A stretch of 27,133 nucleotides of DNA, from positions 1-27,133 of IMG/VR virus record IMGVR_UViG_3300042339_000486, one strand, 5' to 3'. Source of the DNA: a virus (lineage: Duplodnaviria > Caudoviricetes). Positions 25,062-27,133 of this stretch are shown one piece after another. The notes below the pieces were generated by a model. It was given only the letters and a program-made list of their open reading frames with translations. It ran no database searches and was not told the origin of the DNA. Every line of letters starts with the position of its first letter. The stretch's first letter is position 1. The position numbers and the translations under genes were made by a program.

Positions 25062-25172
25062 CGCAGGTAGGGTGTGCCTGTACAACTTGACGGCGGCGCG
25101 CCTTGCCCGTCGCTGAGGGACAAGTCCCTCCCCCCTTTGGTTGCGTCCCCTTCCCCGCAGCCAGAGGGGGTG
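25062..25172 (+). ncRNA. Putative sRNA (about 110 nt) with an anti-Shine-Dalgarno loop
   Basis: Own promoter candidate CCGACA-N17-TACCAT with TGn (25027-25055). Four consecutive hairpins; the last is 15 bp with two G-U pairs and loop TCCCCTTCCC. Confidence 0.55.
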
Positions 25173-25174
25173 TC

Positions 25175-25222
25175 AAGATTTACAAAACCCAAACACACCC
25201 AGTAATGAAGTAGCGGTACGCT
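25175..25222 (+). promoter_or_regulatory. Early promoter cassette P7 (degenerate)
   Basis: AAGATTTAC-AA-AACCCAAACA, 21 nt, TACGCT. Same spacing as P2-P5. Confidence 0.6.
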
Positions 25223-25259
25223 ACGACCAGAAGGCACACACCCATTCAGGAGGTAAGAG

Positions 25260-25667
25260 ATGACCATGCACATCCGCGAGCAGGACGACTACGACCTGAC
25301 TCCTAACCCCGACGACATGACGTACACCGAGGCGCAGATCGCAGAGCGCATGACCACGTTCGTCGGAGAGATCGACACGATCAACAAAGTGGCCAAGGCC
25401 ATGACGAGGGACGCCATCTCCCGGTTCGGCCTCGTCACCATCGAAAGAGATATCCACGTCAACATCCTCGTCATTGACCCCGAGGAGACGATCAACTGGA
25501 TCGACCAGCCGGGGCAGCACATCGACCTGCGCCGCATTGCTGAGCATGTTCACGGTGACGCGACCGTGGTCCCCAGCCCGACGGGCAAGAACCACCTGTA
25601 CATCATGCCCATGGGCGGCTCCATCAGCGGCTCCACCTTCTGCATCACCGGGAGGGAAGATGCCTGA
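25260..25667 (+). CDS. Hypothetical protein (135 aa)
   Basis: Strong AGGAGGT RBS; consistent codon usage. Confidence 0.75.
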   Translation: MTMHIREQDDYDLTPNPDDMTYTEAQIAERMTTFVGEIDTINKVAKAMTRDAISRFGLVTIERDIHVNILVIDPEETINWIDQPGQHIDLRRIAEHVHGDATVVPSPTGKNHLYIMPMGGSISGSTFCITGREDA

Positions 25668-26067
25668 CGAGCAGATGACAATCGAAGACGTCCTTCGCCA
25701 GCACGGCGTTCCACTCGTGCACACGCCTAACGGAATCAACGCAGCAATCGCCGCTCGCGACGAAGCCATCGACCGAGTAGAGAAGAACACCAACCCCGAC
25801 TGGGCAGAGGCAGCGTATCTCGCATGCTGCCTAGTCGCAGAGGAGCAGCCGCTCTTTACGACAGACAACGTGTGGCAGAAAATGTCTTACCTCTACCCAC
25901 AGTTTCAAACGCATGAGCCGCGAGCAATCGGCGCAGTCATGCGACGGGTGGCGCGCGAGGACAAGATCTGCGGCACCGACGACTACGTCAAGTCGAACCG
26001 ACCAGAGTGCCACCACCGCCCGCAGATGATATGGAAGAGCCTGATCCATGAACTCCCAGAGTACTAA
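25660..26067 (+). CDS. Conserved phage hypothetical protein, possible winged helix (135 aa; start revised to MPDEQM)
   Basis: GGAGGG RBS; FTTDNVW...HEPRAIGAVM...S.RPECHHRP..IWKS pattern. Confidence 0.7.
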   Translation: MPDEQMTIEDVLRQHGVPLVHTPNGINAAIAARDEAIDRVEKNTNPDWAEAAYLACCLVAEEQPLFTTDNVWQKMSYLYPQFQTHEPRAIGAVMRRVAREDKICGTDDYVKSNRPECHHRPQMIWKSLIHELPEY

Positions 26068-26485
26068 GACATACATCAGCGGGACAATGAGAAAGCCCAA
26101 GGTCAAGAACAAGGGAGGCAAGCCGCAGATATACAAACACTTCGCGGCGGAAGACAAGTTGTACTACCGTGATGAAGGTAAGTTCCACTGCGCCTGCGAC
26201 GACAAGCAGGCCAGTGGCTACGTCGTCAAAGACCATTGTGGAGCAGAGAAGTTTCTCCCCAAAGACTTCACAGACCTAATCAGTTACGAAGAAGCCAGAC
26301 GCATGTGTGATAAGCACAGCGTCCACCTACCCAAACCCGGACACCCGAACCACGGGCACCGAGTACCACCACCCCTGCTCGTAGTGAGCACACCCCAAAA
26401 GAAGCGTCCCATGTGGAACCGGGACGCCATCAACAGGCACATCCAAGAGTGCCTAAGGAGAAGACACGATGCCGGAATACGTTGA
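26048..26485 (+). CDS. Hypothetical basic protein with Cys/His residues
   Basis: 145-aa ORF fills the gap between neighbours. The start is uncertain. Confidence 0.6.
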   Translation: MNSQSTKTYISGTMRKPKVKNKGGKPQIYKHFAAEDKLYYRDEGKFHCACDDKQASGYVVKDHCGAEKFLPKDFTDLISYEEARRMCDKHSVHLPKPGHPNHGHRVPPPLLVVSTPQKKRPMWNRDAINRHIQECLRRRHDAGIR

Positions 26486-27133
26486 CGCAGCAGACCTGCC
26501 CGACGCAGAGCGGATCAAGGCGCTGCGGGAACTGCATGCAGACCTGCGCACCCCACACCCCAGTCTCGTTGAGACCAAGCCCAAGGGCGGAACTAATCTT
26601 TCATACGTCGGCCACGCCGCCGTCACCGAGATGCTCCTCCGCCACGACCCGCTCTGGCACTGGTCGCCCCTAGGCTACGACGAGAACGGCAGCCCCGTCC
26701 TTGACCGCAACGCCGAGGGCCGACCGACTGGCATGTGGATCAGGCTCAACATCTTCGACCACGCCCGCATCGGGTACGGCGGAGTGGAGCCGAACGAGCG
26801 CCGCTCCGACGGCGACCTCATCAAGGAGATCATCGGCGACGGCATCCGCAACGCAGCCATGCGGTTCGGCATCGCGCTGAACCTCTGGAGCAAGAGCGAC
26901 CTAGAGTCCGCAGCCCCCGAGCCGTCCCCGCAGGATCACGTCCTGACTCAGGCCAAGGGCTGGAGCAAGGCAAAGCGAGATAAGATCAAGCAGGTTCTCA
27001 GCATCCGTGGGATCATCGACGAGAACGCCACCACGTTCGAACTGTTCGCAGAGCAGGTAGGTAACCACCCCGAGGTAGCGCGCGACATCGAAGCGTGGGT
27101 CAAGGCTCAGGCAGCGCCCATCCCCGAGGGCAC
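26469..27133 (+). CDS. Rad52/Rad22-like (Sak-type) single-strand annealing protein, truncated at the right edge (absent from the ORF track)
   Basis: Hand translation: ...KPKGGTNLSYVGHAAVTEMLLRHDPLWHW...GMWIRL.....RIGYG...IKEIIGDGIRNAAMRFGIALNLWSK. GGAG RBS. Confidence 0.85.
   Translation, partial: MPEYVDAADLPDAERIKALRELHADLRTPHPSLVETKPKGGTNLSYVGHAAVTEMLLRHDPLWHWSPLGYDENGSPVLDRNAEGRPTGMWIRLNIFDHARIGYGGVEPNERRSDGDLIKEIIGDGIRNAAMRFGIALNLWSKSDLESAAPEPSPQDHVLTQAKGWSKAKRDKIKQVLSIRGIIDENATTFELFAEQVGNHPEVARDIEAWVKAQAAPIPEG

Noticed and set aside
20753-25222. Recurring AATCCTTAC repeats as a CRISPR array
   Set aside because: They are short, degenerate and separated by whole genes, and there are no cas genes. 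The fixed distance to -10 boxes indicates promoters.

Overview
This is a fragment of a tailed dsDNA phage genome with podovirus-like architecture, probably infecting an actinobacterium. It has two divergent arms. The minus strand (19373 to 1) carries the morphogenesis module: TerS, TerL, a DUF6321-like protein, small basic proteins, head fibre and spike base, portal, scaffold, major capsid protein, adaptor, nozzle, three fibre/tail-collar proteins with two chaperones, and Pro/Lys-rich internal virion proteins. The plus strand (19981 to the end) carries small early genes, including GP88-like, DUF932-like and Rad52/Sak-like proteins. The most notable signal is non-coding and lies in the early arm. 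There are six near-identical promoter cassettes (an 11-bp tandem repeat, a 21-22 nt spacer, then a -10 box) plus one with the repeat inverted. There is also a type I hammerhead ribozyme with a loop II pseudoknot, a pseudoknotted RNA just downstream of its cleavage site, a minimal tRNA-like element, and a putative sRNA whose loop is complementary to the GAAGGGG ribosome-binding sites of the early genes. All calls are by eye; no database searches or folding programs were run.
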